A stretch of 64,000 nucleotides of DNA, taken from an uncultured archaeon (lineage in GTDB: Archaea > Thermoplasmatota > Penumbrarchaeia > JASLWR01). Both the position numbers and the translations under genes were made by a program. The notes beneath the pieces are model-generated. The model was not told the origin of the DNA. It saw only the letters and a list, made by a program, of their open reading frames with translations, and ran no database searches. Positions 19,020 through 28,340 of this stretch are shown here, in pieces. Positions within the stretch are counted from its first letter, which is position 1. Each line of letters begins with the position of its first letter. Location: NCBI GenBank assembly GCA_964430885.1, contig CAYSHM010000003.1:1-64000 (forward strand). The letters are read 5' to 3'.

Positions 19020-21227
19020 TTACCGAGGTTTTCTAAATCTGAAACATAATAAAAACAACAATACGAGAAAAACTGAAATGGATAGAAGCATTAAAAATGC
19101 ATCTACTTTTGAAACCATACATGAATCTGCGTTTTCCAAAGGCTCTTCAATGATCCTGATCCTTCCGGGGGGTATGGAAATGTCGGAGACCAGCTTTCCA
19201 TCAGAGTGCCTTATGAATTCCTCACCTTCGGAAATATCCAGATCAGAGCCGAAAATATTGAGCATACTGCCTTCTAAAATAGAAAATCCAATAGAGTCAG
19301 ATCCCCGAATATTTCCTCCATTTATTGAACATCTGCCGTCATGTCCTACAATCACATTGGCCAAATTATCTGAGAATACATCTCCCTTGGAGCTAACAGA
19401 GCCCTCTTCGATGAACACTGCCCATGGCAGCTCAAGCAGGTTCAGGGAAGTAATGGGACCGTTCAGAAATGCTGTAAAATCATCATGACTTCCCCTGAAA
19501 AATCCAGCCCCGCATTTAATAAATGAATTATGGGTGGAACTCACACTTGTACCTTTTACAACCAAACAATATCCTTTGAGACCATCGAACAGGTTATTTT
19601 CAATATAAATACCATCTGAAACCGCACCATATGCATAAATGCCGAAATTAGTTATTCTCCTGAAAACACTGCCTTTCACCTTTCCCCCTGCAGCATTCCC
19701 TAGATACAATCCACTTTCACAATCCCTGAAGATGGAATCGTAGATGCCGAACCCTCCCGAAGATATTTCAATTGAATTACCGGAGGAATTTGAGAAAGAA
19801 ACATTGTAGATAACAGTAGGCCTCAGATCGTGAAATACTTCAAGATCGCTTATTATACCCGGATTCATGTCCAGTATTATATTCCCTGAATCGGGGGTAT
19901 CAATTTTTTCTAAAATACAGTTATCCATAACCACTGAGGAATTAACAGTTTCCAGAACTGGAATATCATAGTCTGAAAAACAGCAATCCTTCAATCTTAT
20001 TGAATTCCCGTTAAATTCAGAGCTGATCCCCTCATCACTCCCCTGCCCATCAAACTCTGATCGGTATGCAACCAGGTGGGATGACTCTTTCATGATGACC
20101 TGCTGTTTTACATCTGACAACCCAAGACCGAAAAATATGGGAGAAGAATGCTCCAAATGAATTCCCCACCCAATTACATCCGTTATGTCTACGTTATGAA
20201 AATAGCCTCTAGACGAGGGGACAATTTCAATAAATATTGAAATATTATTTTTTGACGGAGAAAAATTTTCTGGTTTTATAGCCAAATAATTTTCGCCATC
20301 AATCAGGATGTCTGGCATTTCGATTCGAATCTCGGAATTGAACTGGCCCTCACGGAACGTATTTCCTGAAATGGTAACCGAATGGGTTTGGTTGTTCACT
20401 TCCATGATGAAAGAAATGCCCTCTAGATCATTGCTCATACTGGATACAACCAGATGAACCCTGGATTGTCCTATGCCAGTACTAATATCACTCCCATCCA
20501 GATCAAAATGAGACCTATAATTTTCCTGGATGTTATCCCTATTGGATTCGGATAGAATGTTACCCGTGATTATACCGCTCCCATCCTCTGACAAACCCCT
20601 GAAACCCAGCCCATTGGTGACATTGTGAATTGTGAGGTTAGATGCAATTGGAATTGAATCGCCTAAGAAAAATATACCTGATGTCGAGTCATAAATGGTG
20701 ACATTTTCCAATCTAGGGGCCCGGCTATTGCTGATTATGGCCCTCTCGGCACCAGAAATTATAACATCTTTCATCACCAGTGAGCCCGTATTCTCTATCA
20801 ATATTGAACCCCATTTACCTCCACGCTCTGATGCCACAATCTCTGCTTCATGATCACGGATACCAAACAATTCCATACTTCCCCTAACTGTTATATTAAC
20901 CCTCGGGGATAGTACAAGTCGGGACCCTTGGGGGAATGCCAATAATTGGTCCTTCTCCACAAGCATATCCTCTTCAATCCTAAAAGTATTCTCTCCCACC
21001 CTGATACGGTCAAGACCAAAATCAATACACCCACTTTTCCTGAAGTTATGGGAAGGATCCAATACCGCAGCCTGTTTCGATTGTGTCCCTGTTCTTATTT
21101 TTACTGAAAAGGGCAATTGAATGAATATTGAAACCAATATAATAGAAACAATTATAGTAGAAAGTAGAATCGATTTGATCCGTCTGTTCTCCAGTCTGCA
21201 GTTCATTGAGTTTTTGAATATGCTCAA
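19020..21227 (-). CDS. Membrane-anchored right-handed parallel beta-helix surface protein
   Basis: N- and C-terminal TM segments; repeated GIxL/NxTI beta-helix patterns; WGSILI motif. Confidence 0.7.
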   Translation of the reverse strand: MSIFKNSMNCRLENRRIKSILLSTIIVSIILVSIFIQLPFSVKIRTGTQSKQAAVLDPSHNFRKSGCIDFGLDRIRVGENTFRIEEDMLVEKDQLLAFPQGSRLVLSPRVNITVRGSMELFGIRDHEAEIVASERGGKWGSILIENTGSLVMKDVIISGAERAIISNSRAPRLENVTIYDSTSGIFFLGDSIPIASNLTIHNVTNGLGFRGLSEDGSGIITGNILSESNRDNIQENYRSHFDLDGSDISTGIGQSRVHLVVSSMSNDLEGISFIMEVNNQTHSVTISGNTFREGQFNSEIRIEMPDILIDGENYLAIKPENFSPSKNNISIFIEIVPSSRGYFHNVDITDVIGWGIHLEHSSPIFFGLGLSDVKQQVIMKESSHLVAYRSEFDGQGSDEGISSEFNGNSIRLKDCCFSDYDIPVLETVNSSVVMDNCILEKIDTPDSGNIILDMNPGIISDLEVFHDLRPTVIYNVSFSNSSGNSIEISSGGFGIYDSIFRDCESGLYLGNAAGGKVKGSVFRRITNFGIYAYGAVSDGIYIENNLFDGLKGYCLVVKGTSVSSTHNSFIKCGAGFFRGSHDDFTAFLNGPITSLNLLELPWAVFIEEGSVSSKGDVFSDNLANVIVGHDGRCSINGGNIRGSDSIGFSILEGSMLNIFGSDLDISEGEEFIRHSDGKLVSDISIPPGRIRIIEEPLENADSCMVSKVDAFLMLLSISVFLVLLFLLCFRFRKPR

Positions 21228-21520
21228 ATTACTTTTCTTTTACCCTTAATTTTATTCCTGACAATGTCTAATTGAAGGAAATTAATGTTTATCACGAATA
21301 GATATATTTTCAATCATAAATATAAATGGAAAAAATAAATAGTAGGTTATTACTAAAAATGGAAATCGTCAGTTCCCCTGATATTCTAATCTGGCAGATA
21401 ATAAACTGATAAAGTAAATCTATAAAATCAGATGGTCTTCCACAAATGATAATGAAAAACCGTATATCATTGGGATTGTAATTCAGTAATGGAGGGAAAT
21501 CGATCGCTTTCATTGATATC

Positions 21521-24500
21521 ATGGAAAAAAACGGCTCAATTCATGTAATTATCATGGCCGCTCTGTTCATATTTGCTGCCGTATTCTTGCTTACAGCACT
21601 ATCCCCTAGTGTTCAGGGATCTGAAACAAAAGCCGATTACGGGGTTATAATAAACGTTGTTGACCAGCCCTTCTTCCCATTGAACGGAAAATGGAGCGGA
21701 GTCATGAATGTATCCGTTGAGAATATCGGAACTGAAGATGATTCCTATTCTCTATCCTGTACCCAAAAACCCACCGGATGGGAGGTACTCATCCTGCAGG
21801 ACACTGTTGATGTTGGAACAAGCCCACCTACCGGACCAATCGGTACTTTGGCTACTGTGGTGAACTGCCCCAATATGGAAAATGAAGGGCGATATCCCAT
21901 CATACTGAAAGCGACCTCATTATCAGACTCCGGCACCTCTGATTCCATTACGATCAATATAGATGTTTTGCTTGCTCCCAAGGTATCAATCGAAGGACCG
22001 GCCAGCAATGGAAATGTCGATGTGGATCCCCAAGACGGCATACCCGACTTCAGAGAAGGAAAACCCGGGGTGATTTTAACCTATGATTTTACAATAAGAA
22101 ATCAAGGAAATGGAGAAGAAGGATTCTTCATCTCCCTAGAGTCACCCAACAACTGGTGGTTTGAACTTCAAGGCTCGTCCATAACCCCTGCTCTTGATAT
22201 TAATCAGACCATAAATAAAAGAGTTAGAGTGCAGATACCGGAGGACGCTAAAATGGGCGATAGTGATGTACTTCAGATCACTGCCACATCCCAAAGCAAT
22301 CCTGATGCGCAGAGCCGGGGCACTGTGGAAACGGTTGTACTTCAGGAGCATCTGGTGGATTTGGAAGCCCCGCTGACCTATACTTATGCATATCCCCATT
22401 CCGAGGTTGAACTTACATTTAATATCACAAATAGCGGAAATGGAGCTGAGAAAACTGCCCGTACAGAGCTGGTTTCACTGCCTACAGGTTGGGATAAAGA
22501 GATCGATCTTACAGATATAAGCGAGCTTGGAATTCCAATTTACGGAAAAGCCATCTGCGAACTTGCACTTATAGTTCCCACGGAAGCATTGAACATGACC
22601 TATTCTATCACTCTTGAGGTTTATTCAGGTGAAAAACCGGTGCCTGACGCCCAGATCACATTCAAGGTTACAATTTTTCAGGAATTTGCTTTGGAAATTG
22701 AGTCAGGAGCAACTTCCAAATCCGCTCTGCCAGGGAACAAATTACTCTATAATCTGACCATCGAGAATATAGGTAACGGCGAAGATACCATATCGGTTAA
22801 GATCAAAAAGGACGGATCAACAGATATTACCTCCTGGTTCAGCTTAAATATTAACAAGACCGCTATATCATCAGGTTACTTCAAAATTATTCTTCTGGAT
22901 TGTATGATCCCCGATATGAAAAAGGAAGGAACCTATTCGGTGAAGATTATCATCAACTCTCTTGGCGCCTCCGATATGGATCTAATAGTAGTGGAAGAGC
23001 TCGTAATCAAGGTCCAGGTACGGAAGATGTACGCTTTGTCCATGGAATTCCATGAAGGTGAGAACCCTATCAGAATAAATTCAGATGGAAATTCAAAGGA
23101 GTCCAGATCATCCCTGGTACATTTCAATGTTACCAATCTTGGGAATGCTCAGGACATTGTATCCTTTGAATTAGACTATCCTGAAACCCAAGGTTGGCTT
23201 CCTCCTGAACTGATGATATCCCGAGCAATGCTCCAGTATGGGGAAGTATTAAGCGACATGACCATGAGCATCACCGCTCCCGAAGGCGCGGACATAGGCA
23301 GGTATGATTTCAGCATTACCATAACTTCCACAAAGGATCCGGGGGATGAACCCGCGTTTTTCACTATGGATTTCTATGTGGATATAGTTAGATTTGACCT
23401 CTCCATAGATACATCCATCAAAATAAATTCTCAAAATGTGCTCAGCGGTCAGTACTTGGAAGCATCGGTTGACGATCATCTTTTCCTTGAATTGGTCATC
23501 GAGAACAAAGGTGAACTGTTCATTCCCTCTACGAATATATCACTGTTCATCAACGACACAAATAGAAATCCAGTTTCCATAATGTCCCTCAAGAACATCG
23601 AAAAAGGACATGAATACAATATTACCTTGAGCTACAAGCCTACGTGGAAAGGAAAATATAACTTCATCATCCTGGTGGATCCGGATAATGCAATTTCCGA
23701 GATGGATGAAGTAAACAATCTGGTCAATTTCACATACAATGCCCAAGAACAGAAAATTGTGGAAGAAAAGGATGAATCGCTCATAACATTATTTGGAAGG
23801 GAATGGAGAATGGGTGAGTTTCTGCTTCTGCTTCTGGCCATAATCGCTTTTTTTGTCCTCGTAGGAGTTATCTTTATAAGAGTAAATGAGTTCAGGTCAT
23901 CAAAGAAACCAATATATACTGGTCTTGTGGAAGGAAAGGAATACAAGTTCAGCGAAAGGAGCAAAGAGACTGATTTCGACGGTATGGAGCTTGATGATTA
24001 CGATGAGGGAGATAGCAGCTTCCTAGAAGAAAAGGAAAGAAAACCAGAGGCGGACGATTCGGAGGTTGAGGGAACAGGTTATTACATAGTCAAGGACCAG
24101 GGTTCAAAGGCTGAAGAACCGGTATCTTCAGGATTCACCGTTGGAGGTGTTGCTTACGGAGGTCAGAACTTCCTGAAGGAGCAAGAACCTCAGGGTTACT
24201 TCATAGCTCCTGCAGTAACAACAGCATCGGAAATGGATCAGTACTACGAGGAAGAATACTATACCTCCCATGAAGGTGCATACCATGATGATGAGCTTTC
24301 AGAAGAATACCCTGAAACCGATGAACAATATAGGAACGAGGAATATGATGAAATAACATTGGACCTCGGTACCGCTGATGATTCTTACGATTACGCATCC
24401 GAGCAGGAGGCCAGTATGGAAGAAGTGGAAACTTGGGGACTTCCCGCAACAGAGGAAAGCCAAGAACCGGAGGAGAAAATTGAACTCCACGGAGCAATGG

Positions 24501-24835
24501 AACCTGATCAACAGGATAAAGAAGAAGATAAGTCCTTTGATCTAAATGAACTATTCAAACAGGATATTCGTAAAAAATCCACTAAACCCAATATATCTAT
24601 GAAACCGATTACAAAAACCAGAGCATCCGCCAAATCATCGGGTGAGCGGAATGTCGTAATAACGACTAAACCTAGAAAAAAGGATGGGGACGGATTGAAA
24701 GAAAATGAATCACACCGAAAAGAGAAGAGCAAGAAAGCCGGAACTATGAAACCTGTTTTCCGCCCTGTAACCAAACCAGTAACCAAGAATAAAGGGTCAT
24801 TTAAACCTGTAATGAAACCGGTGGATAAATTCTAG
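21521..24835 (+). CDS. Large surface protein: tandem Ig-like (NEW3-like) domains, CARDB, TM, acidic then basic cytoplasmic tail
   Basis: Signal peptide; about five NxGNxxD repeats; VDPDNAISEMDEVNN CARDB motif; TM near residue 770-790. Confidence 0.8.
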   Translation: MEKNGSIHVIIMAALFIFAAVFLLTALSPSVQGSETKADYGVIINVVDQPFFPLNGKWSGVMNVSVENIGTEDDSYSLSCTQKPTGWEVLILQDTVDVGTSPPTGPIGTLATVVNCPNMENEGRYPIILKATSLSDSGTSDSITINIDVLLAPKVSIEGPASNGNVDVDPQDGIPDFREGKPGVILTYDFTIRNQGNGEEGFFISLESPNNWWFELQGSSITPALDINQTINKRVRVQIPEDAKMGDSDVLQITATSQSNPDAQSRGTVETVVLQEHLVDLEAPLTYTYAYPHSEVELTFNITNSGNGAEKTARTELVSLPTGWDKEIDLTDISELGIPIYGKAICELALIVPTEALNMTYSITLEVYSGEKPVPDAQITFKVTIFQEFALEIESGATSKSALPGNKLLYNLTIENIGNGEDTISVKIKKDGSTDITSWFSLNINKTAISSGYFKIILLDCMIPDMKKEGTYSVKIIINSLGASDMDLIVVEELVIKVQVRKMYALSMEFHEGENPIRINSDGNSKESRSSLVHFNVTNLGNAQDIVSFELDYPETQGWLPPELMISRAMLQYGEVLSDMTMSITAPEGADIGRYDFSITITSTKDPGDEPAFFTMDFYVDIVRFDLSIDTSIKINSQNVLSGQYLEASVDDHLFLELVIENKGELFIPSTNISLFINDTNRNPVSIMSLKNIEKGHEYNITLSYKPTWKGKYNFIILVDPDNAISEMDEVNNLVNFTYNAQEQKIVEEKDESLITLFGREWRMGEFLLLLLAIIAFFVLVGVIFIRVNEFRSSKKPIYTGLVEGKEYKFSERSKETDFDGMELDDYDEGDSSFLEEKERKPEADDSEVEGTGYYIVKDQGSKAEEPVSSGFTVGGVAYGGQNFLKEQEPQGYFIAPAVTTASEMDQYYEEEYYTSHEGAYHDDELSEEYPETDEQYRNEEYDEITLDLGTADDSYDYASEQEASMEEVETWGLPATEESQEPEEKIELHGAMEPDQQDKEEDKSFDLNELFKQDIRKKSTKPNISMKPITKTRASAKSSGERNVVITTKPRKKDGDGLKENESHRKEKSKKAGTMKPVFRPVTKPVTKNKGSFKPVMKPVDKF

Positions 24836-25005
24836 AAAAAATGACCTATAATTGTCATTCCCCATTACTTGAGACTTTTCTTCCTGCATATTCAATTTCA
24901 ACGGTTATTTGTTATCTAATAAATGATCTATCCTTATAACACCCAGGGGGAATACACTTAGCTGATGATAATGATATAAATGAAAAGGGCAATGGTAAAA
25001 AAAGA

Positions 25006-25476
25006 ATGTTGCTTATAATAATTGTGGCCCTAGTCATTATCATATTTCTTACCATTCTGCTCTATCCCAAAACCCCTGACTGCGACATCAGCAGCATAAA
25101 TTCCGTTGGGGTTGAATTCAAAGGCACCTTGCCCTCAGCTCTTGTTGTAGAAATGGAGATCAGTGTTCAGAACCCAAACCTTTACGGAGGGGAGCTGAAT
25201 AAATTGAAGGGGGACGTATACATCAGAGCTTCAACAGGATCTAATTATGTTCAAGTGGGCGATTTTATAATAAGCAAAACCACCAGTATAGAGGGAAGCG
25301 GAACAACTAAAATTCCAATATCATTAAAACTCACCGATTTACCCCTTGACCAATTAGGTGCAATACTACTTAATAATCGAGTGGACATCAATATACGAGG
25401 AACTGTTGAACTATCCATTGGTCCCTTCGGCCATGCTGTTTACTTCCAAGAAACCGAAACTGTAAACCTTATTTGA
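25006..25476 (+). CDS. LEA14/WHy-domain membrane protein
   Basis: N-terminal TM; ISVQNPN motif; start may be slightly upstream. Confidence 0.75.
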   Translation: MLLIIIVALVIIIFLTILLYPKTPDCDISSINSVGVEFKGTLPSALVVEMEISVQNPNLYGGELNKLKGDVYIRASTGSNYVQVGDFIISKTTSIEGSGTTKIPISLKLTDLPLDQLGAILLNNRVDINIRGTVELSIGPFGHAVYFQETETVNLI

Positions 25477-25485
25477 AGGCTAGGT

Positions 25486-26643
25486 TTGAAGATGAAAAAA
25501 AATAAGCTGATTATGATCCTTCTGCTCTCTAGTTTGTTCATCCTAACACCATGTTCTTCCTTTCTCTCCATGAAAGCTGTATCTCAGGACACATCAGACC
25601 CTGATCACATTCAACTCAAATATGATTGGACCTTTTTCGAGAGCAAAGGGCACAGTACTCAATGGAGCTGGAAACTTAACATATCCAACGAAAGATTGGA
25701 AGCCTACAAGGAGTTCCCAATAGCTACAAGAAGAAATTACGGTTTAATGATCACTACCAATGACTATACATTACAGGAAGCAGCAGGGGCCTTCGAAAAT
25801 GCCAGTAACAAGAAGAACTATGATGTTTTTACAGAAGCCTCCTTTGTACTCTCATTTGTACAAAGTCTAGAATATACCTCTGACAAGGTCACAACCGGTT
25901 ATGATGAATATCCCCGTTTCCCTTTGGAGACATTAGCTGATCACGGCGGGGACTGTGAAGACACGTCCGTTCTGTATGCTACAATAATGATACTGCTTGG
26001 TTATGATGCAGTTCTGTTCCTAATCATAGATGAGGACTCCAATACTGGACATATGGCCGTGGGGATAGCTTTGGAGGGGGAAAGCGGGTATTTCATTCAA
26101 CATCAATCTAAAAAATATTACTATGCAGAAACAACAGGTGAAAACTGGAGAATAGGACAGATACCTGATGAATACAAGGGAGCCACCATACAGGTGCTTG
26201 AATTTTCAGGGAAACAGTATGACCCGGACAATCCGCCCAAGGAAGAAAATGAACTTGAATTCTGGCTCAGCTTGCTACGTATGATGATCATCGCATTGAC
26301 AATTATGCTCATATTGATACTAATTTACAATTACATTCACTCAAGGATCAAAAAGAGCACTAAAAATAACTGGCCCAATGATGATCATGAGGAAGAAGAA
26401 AACATTTACTTCAAAAGAAAAAATCCCATTGATTATGATCAAAGGGCTTATGGCAGTGGATATAAGAGCTCAAAATATGATGATTATATCAAACCCAAAA
26501 GCCGACATTGCTCAAGATGCGGAACGGACCTTTACTTTGATAACTTTGTTCAGGATTGGTGGTGCGGACCTTGCAGAAGCTATTCTCATTCACAGGATGA
26601 AAGAGAGAAATGGACTAATGTAAATGATTATGATGAATGGTGA
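25486..26643 (+). CDS. Transglutaminase-like cysteine protease-fold membrane protein with C-terminal zinc ribbon
   Basis: FVQSLEY, YPRFPLETL, GDCED, GHMAVG, YAETTG; TM; CSRC...WWCGPC. Confidence 0.82.
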   Translation: MKMKKNKLIMILLLSSLFILTPCSSFLSMKAVSQDTSDPDHIQLKYDWTFFESKGHSTQWSWKLNISNERLEAYKEFPIATRRNYGLMITTNDYTLQEAAGAFENASNKKNYDVFTEASFVLSFVQSLEYTSDKVTTGYDEYPRFPLETLADHGGDCEDTSVLYATIMILLGYDAVLFLIIDEDSNTGHMAVGIALEGESGYFIQHQSKKYYYAETTGENWRIGQIPDEYKGATIQVLEFSGKQYDPDNPPKEENELEFWLSLLRMMIIALTIMLILILIYNYIHSRIKKSTKNNWPNDDHEEEENIYFKRKNPIDYDQRAYGSGYKSSKYDDYIKPKSRHCSRCGTDLYFDNFVQDWWCGPCRSYSHSQDEREKWTNVNDYDEW

Positions 26644-26782
26644 AAATAACATTAATTATATATTTGGAGTCCACTTTTCCATTATTGACAGGTTATTGCT
26701 CCCCCTTTCCTTCACGAATAAAACGGATCTAGGTAAAAGAAACTGACGTTTCCACAGGAAACTGCGGAGGTGGTGAAACAAC

Positions 26783-28195
26783 ATGGAATCAAATAAGGAT
26801 GCCATAAGTAATGATTCGGAAATCATTAATGATGAATTTGAAAGGATAGTTGAATTGCTCAATAATGAAAATGCCCTGGTCAGGGTAAAAGCTGTAAGAT
26901 TCTTGGGTAATAGCAATGATCCTAGATCGGTTAAGTATCTCATCGATGTAATAAGGGAAGACAGAGAGTGGAAAGTCCAGGAAGCGGCAGCGGAGGAATT
27001 AGAACGATATAAAGACACCAGAGGGATAGACCCCTTGATCCAATCACTGAAGAATCCCAATAAATTTGTCAGAGAAGCGGCCATTCAAAGCATCGGAGCA
27101 GATGCGAGAGCCGTCAAACCCCTGATAGATATTATCGAACAAAGTGCAGATAAGTGGAGCAGATGGCAGGCAATAATCGCTCTGGGAAACATTCCTGAAC
27201 CTCAGGCAATAGAAGCATTGACAAGAACATGTAAGGATTTTGACCCGCAAATAAGAAGAGCCGCCGTTCAGGCCCTTGGTAATGCAGGTAATACAGAGTC
27301 AATTCCTTCGTTGATAGAAATGCTGAAAGATAAGGATGAAATTGTCAGAAAGACTTCTGCGGAAGCTCTGGGAAAATTCAGAGATACCCGTACCTACGAA
27401 CCTTTGATGGATCGTTTGGGCGGTGATGAAATATCCTCCGTGGTCCGAAAGGCTGCCAGAAATGCTCTTCTCAACATGTCTAAAGACATAATAAAACCGA
27501 CAATATACGAACTAATGGAATCAAATGACGGTATCAAAAGAAACAACTTAAAAGAGATCTTACGATACCAGTTCCGGAATTACATTAGCTACAATGAGCT
27601 TTTCCTGAAGAAGAAGATCGAGGCTGCCGAGGAAAGCAATAATTTCAATATCATACCTCCCAATGAAGAAAATGAAGCTATAAAAGAAGAAAAAAGTCCT
27701 TATAGCATTGAAATTACTGATGAAAAACATCAGATCAATGATGACGAGGATATTAAAACCATTGAATCACCGCAGCCTCCTGCTCCACCTATAATTAAGA
27801 AGGAAGAAGTCGCCGAAGGTGAAAAAAAAACAGACCAACTGGTGGATAACAAAATCAAAAAAATTACTTTGGATGGAACGGAAAAAAAACCTCGGGAAAA
27901 TGCACTGCATGAAAATATTCTAGCTGACGAGGGTTCAATAAAAGAAGAACCAAATGAAAAATCTGCAGATAATAAACCCGAAAATACACCAAAAGATCAG
28001 CTTGACGATGCAAATTCCTCCATAAATGATGTTAAGCCAAAAAAAGAAAAGGTTAAAAAGATCGCAACAATTAAAAAGATCAGAGAGGAGGAAGCTCTGG
28101 TCACCCAATTGGAAAGACTTTCCTTACTTAAAAAGAAGGGCTTTATCAGCGAGGAAGAATTCACAAAAGCAAAAGAAAAACTGCTTTGGGATTGA
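26783..28195 (+). CDS. HEAT (PBS-lyase-like) repeat protein with C-terminal SHOCT domain
   Basis: VRxxAAxALG repeats; QLERLSLLKKKGFISEEEFTKAKEKLL. Confidence 0.85.
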   Translation: MESNKDAISNDSEIINDEFERIVELLNNENALVRVKAVRFLGNSNDPRSVKYLIDVIREDREWKVQEAAAEELERYKDTRGIDPLIQSLKNPNKFVREAAIQSIGADARAVKPLIDIIEQSADKWSRWQAIIALGNIPEPQAIEALTRTCKDFDPQIRRAAVQALGNAGNTESIPSLIEMLKDKDEIVRKTSAEALGKFRDTRTYEPLMDRLGGDEISSVVRKAARNALLNMSKDIIKPTIYELMESNDGIKRNNLKEILRYQFRNYISYNELFLKKKIEAAEESNNFNIIPPNEENEAIKEEKSPYSIEITDEKHQINDDEDIKTIESPQPPAPPIIKKEEVAEGEKKTDQLVDNKIKKITLDGTEKKPRENALHENILADEGSIKEEPNEKSADNKPENTPKDQLDDANSSINDVKPKKEKVKKIATIKKIREEEALVTQLERLSLLKKKGFISEEEFTKAKEKLLWD

Positions 28196-28340
28196 GGTTT
28201 AAAAAATCCAAGGGGAGAGTTACTTTTCCATTCTCTACTAACTCCCCTTAATTAACTGCAGATCCATAATGATCTATTTTCTTACATACCTAAGCCTATG
28301 ATCTGCTGCAGTGCGGATATATCTGCCCTTTGGTTTTCAT

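Noticed and set aside
25474-25486. LEA gene TGA is in frame with the transglutaminase ORF (possible readthrough or Sec)
   Set aside because: The downstream ORF has its own signal peptide, there is no redox context, and TGA ends many genes here
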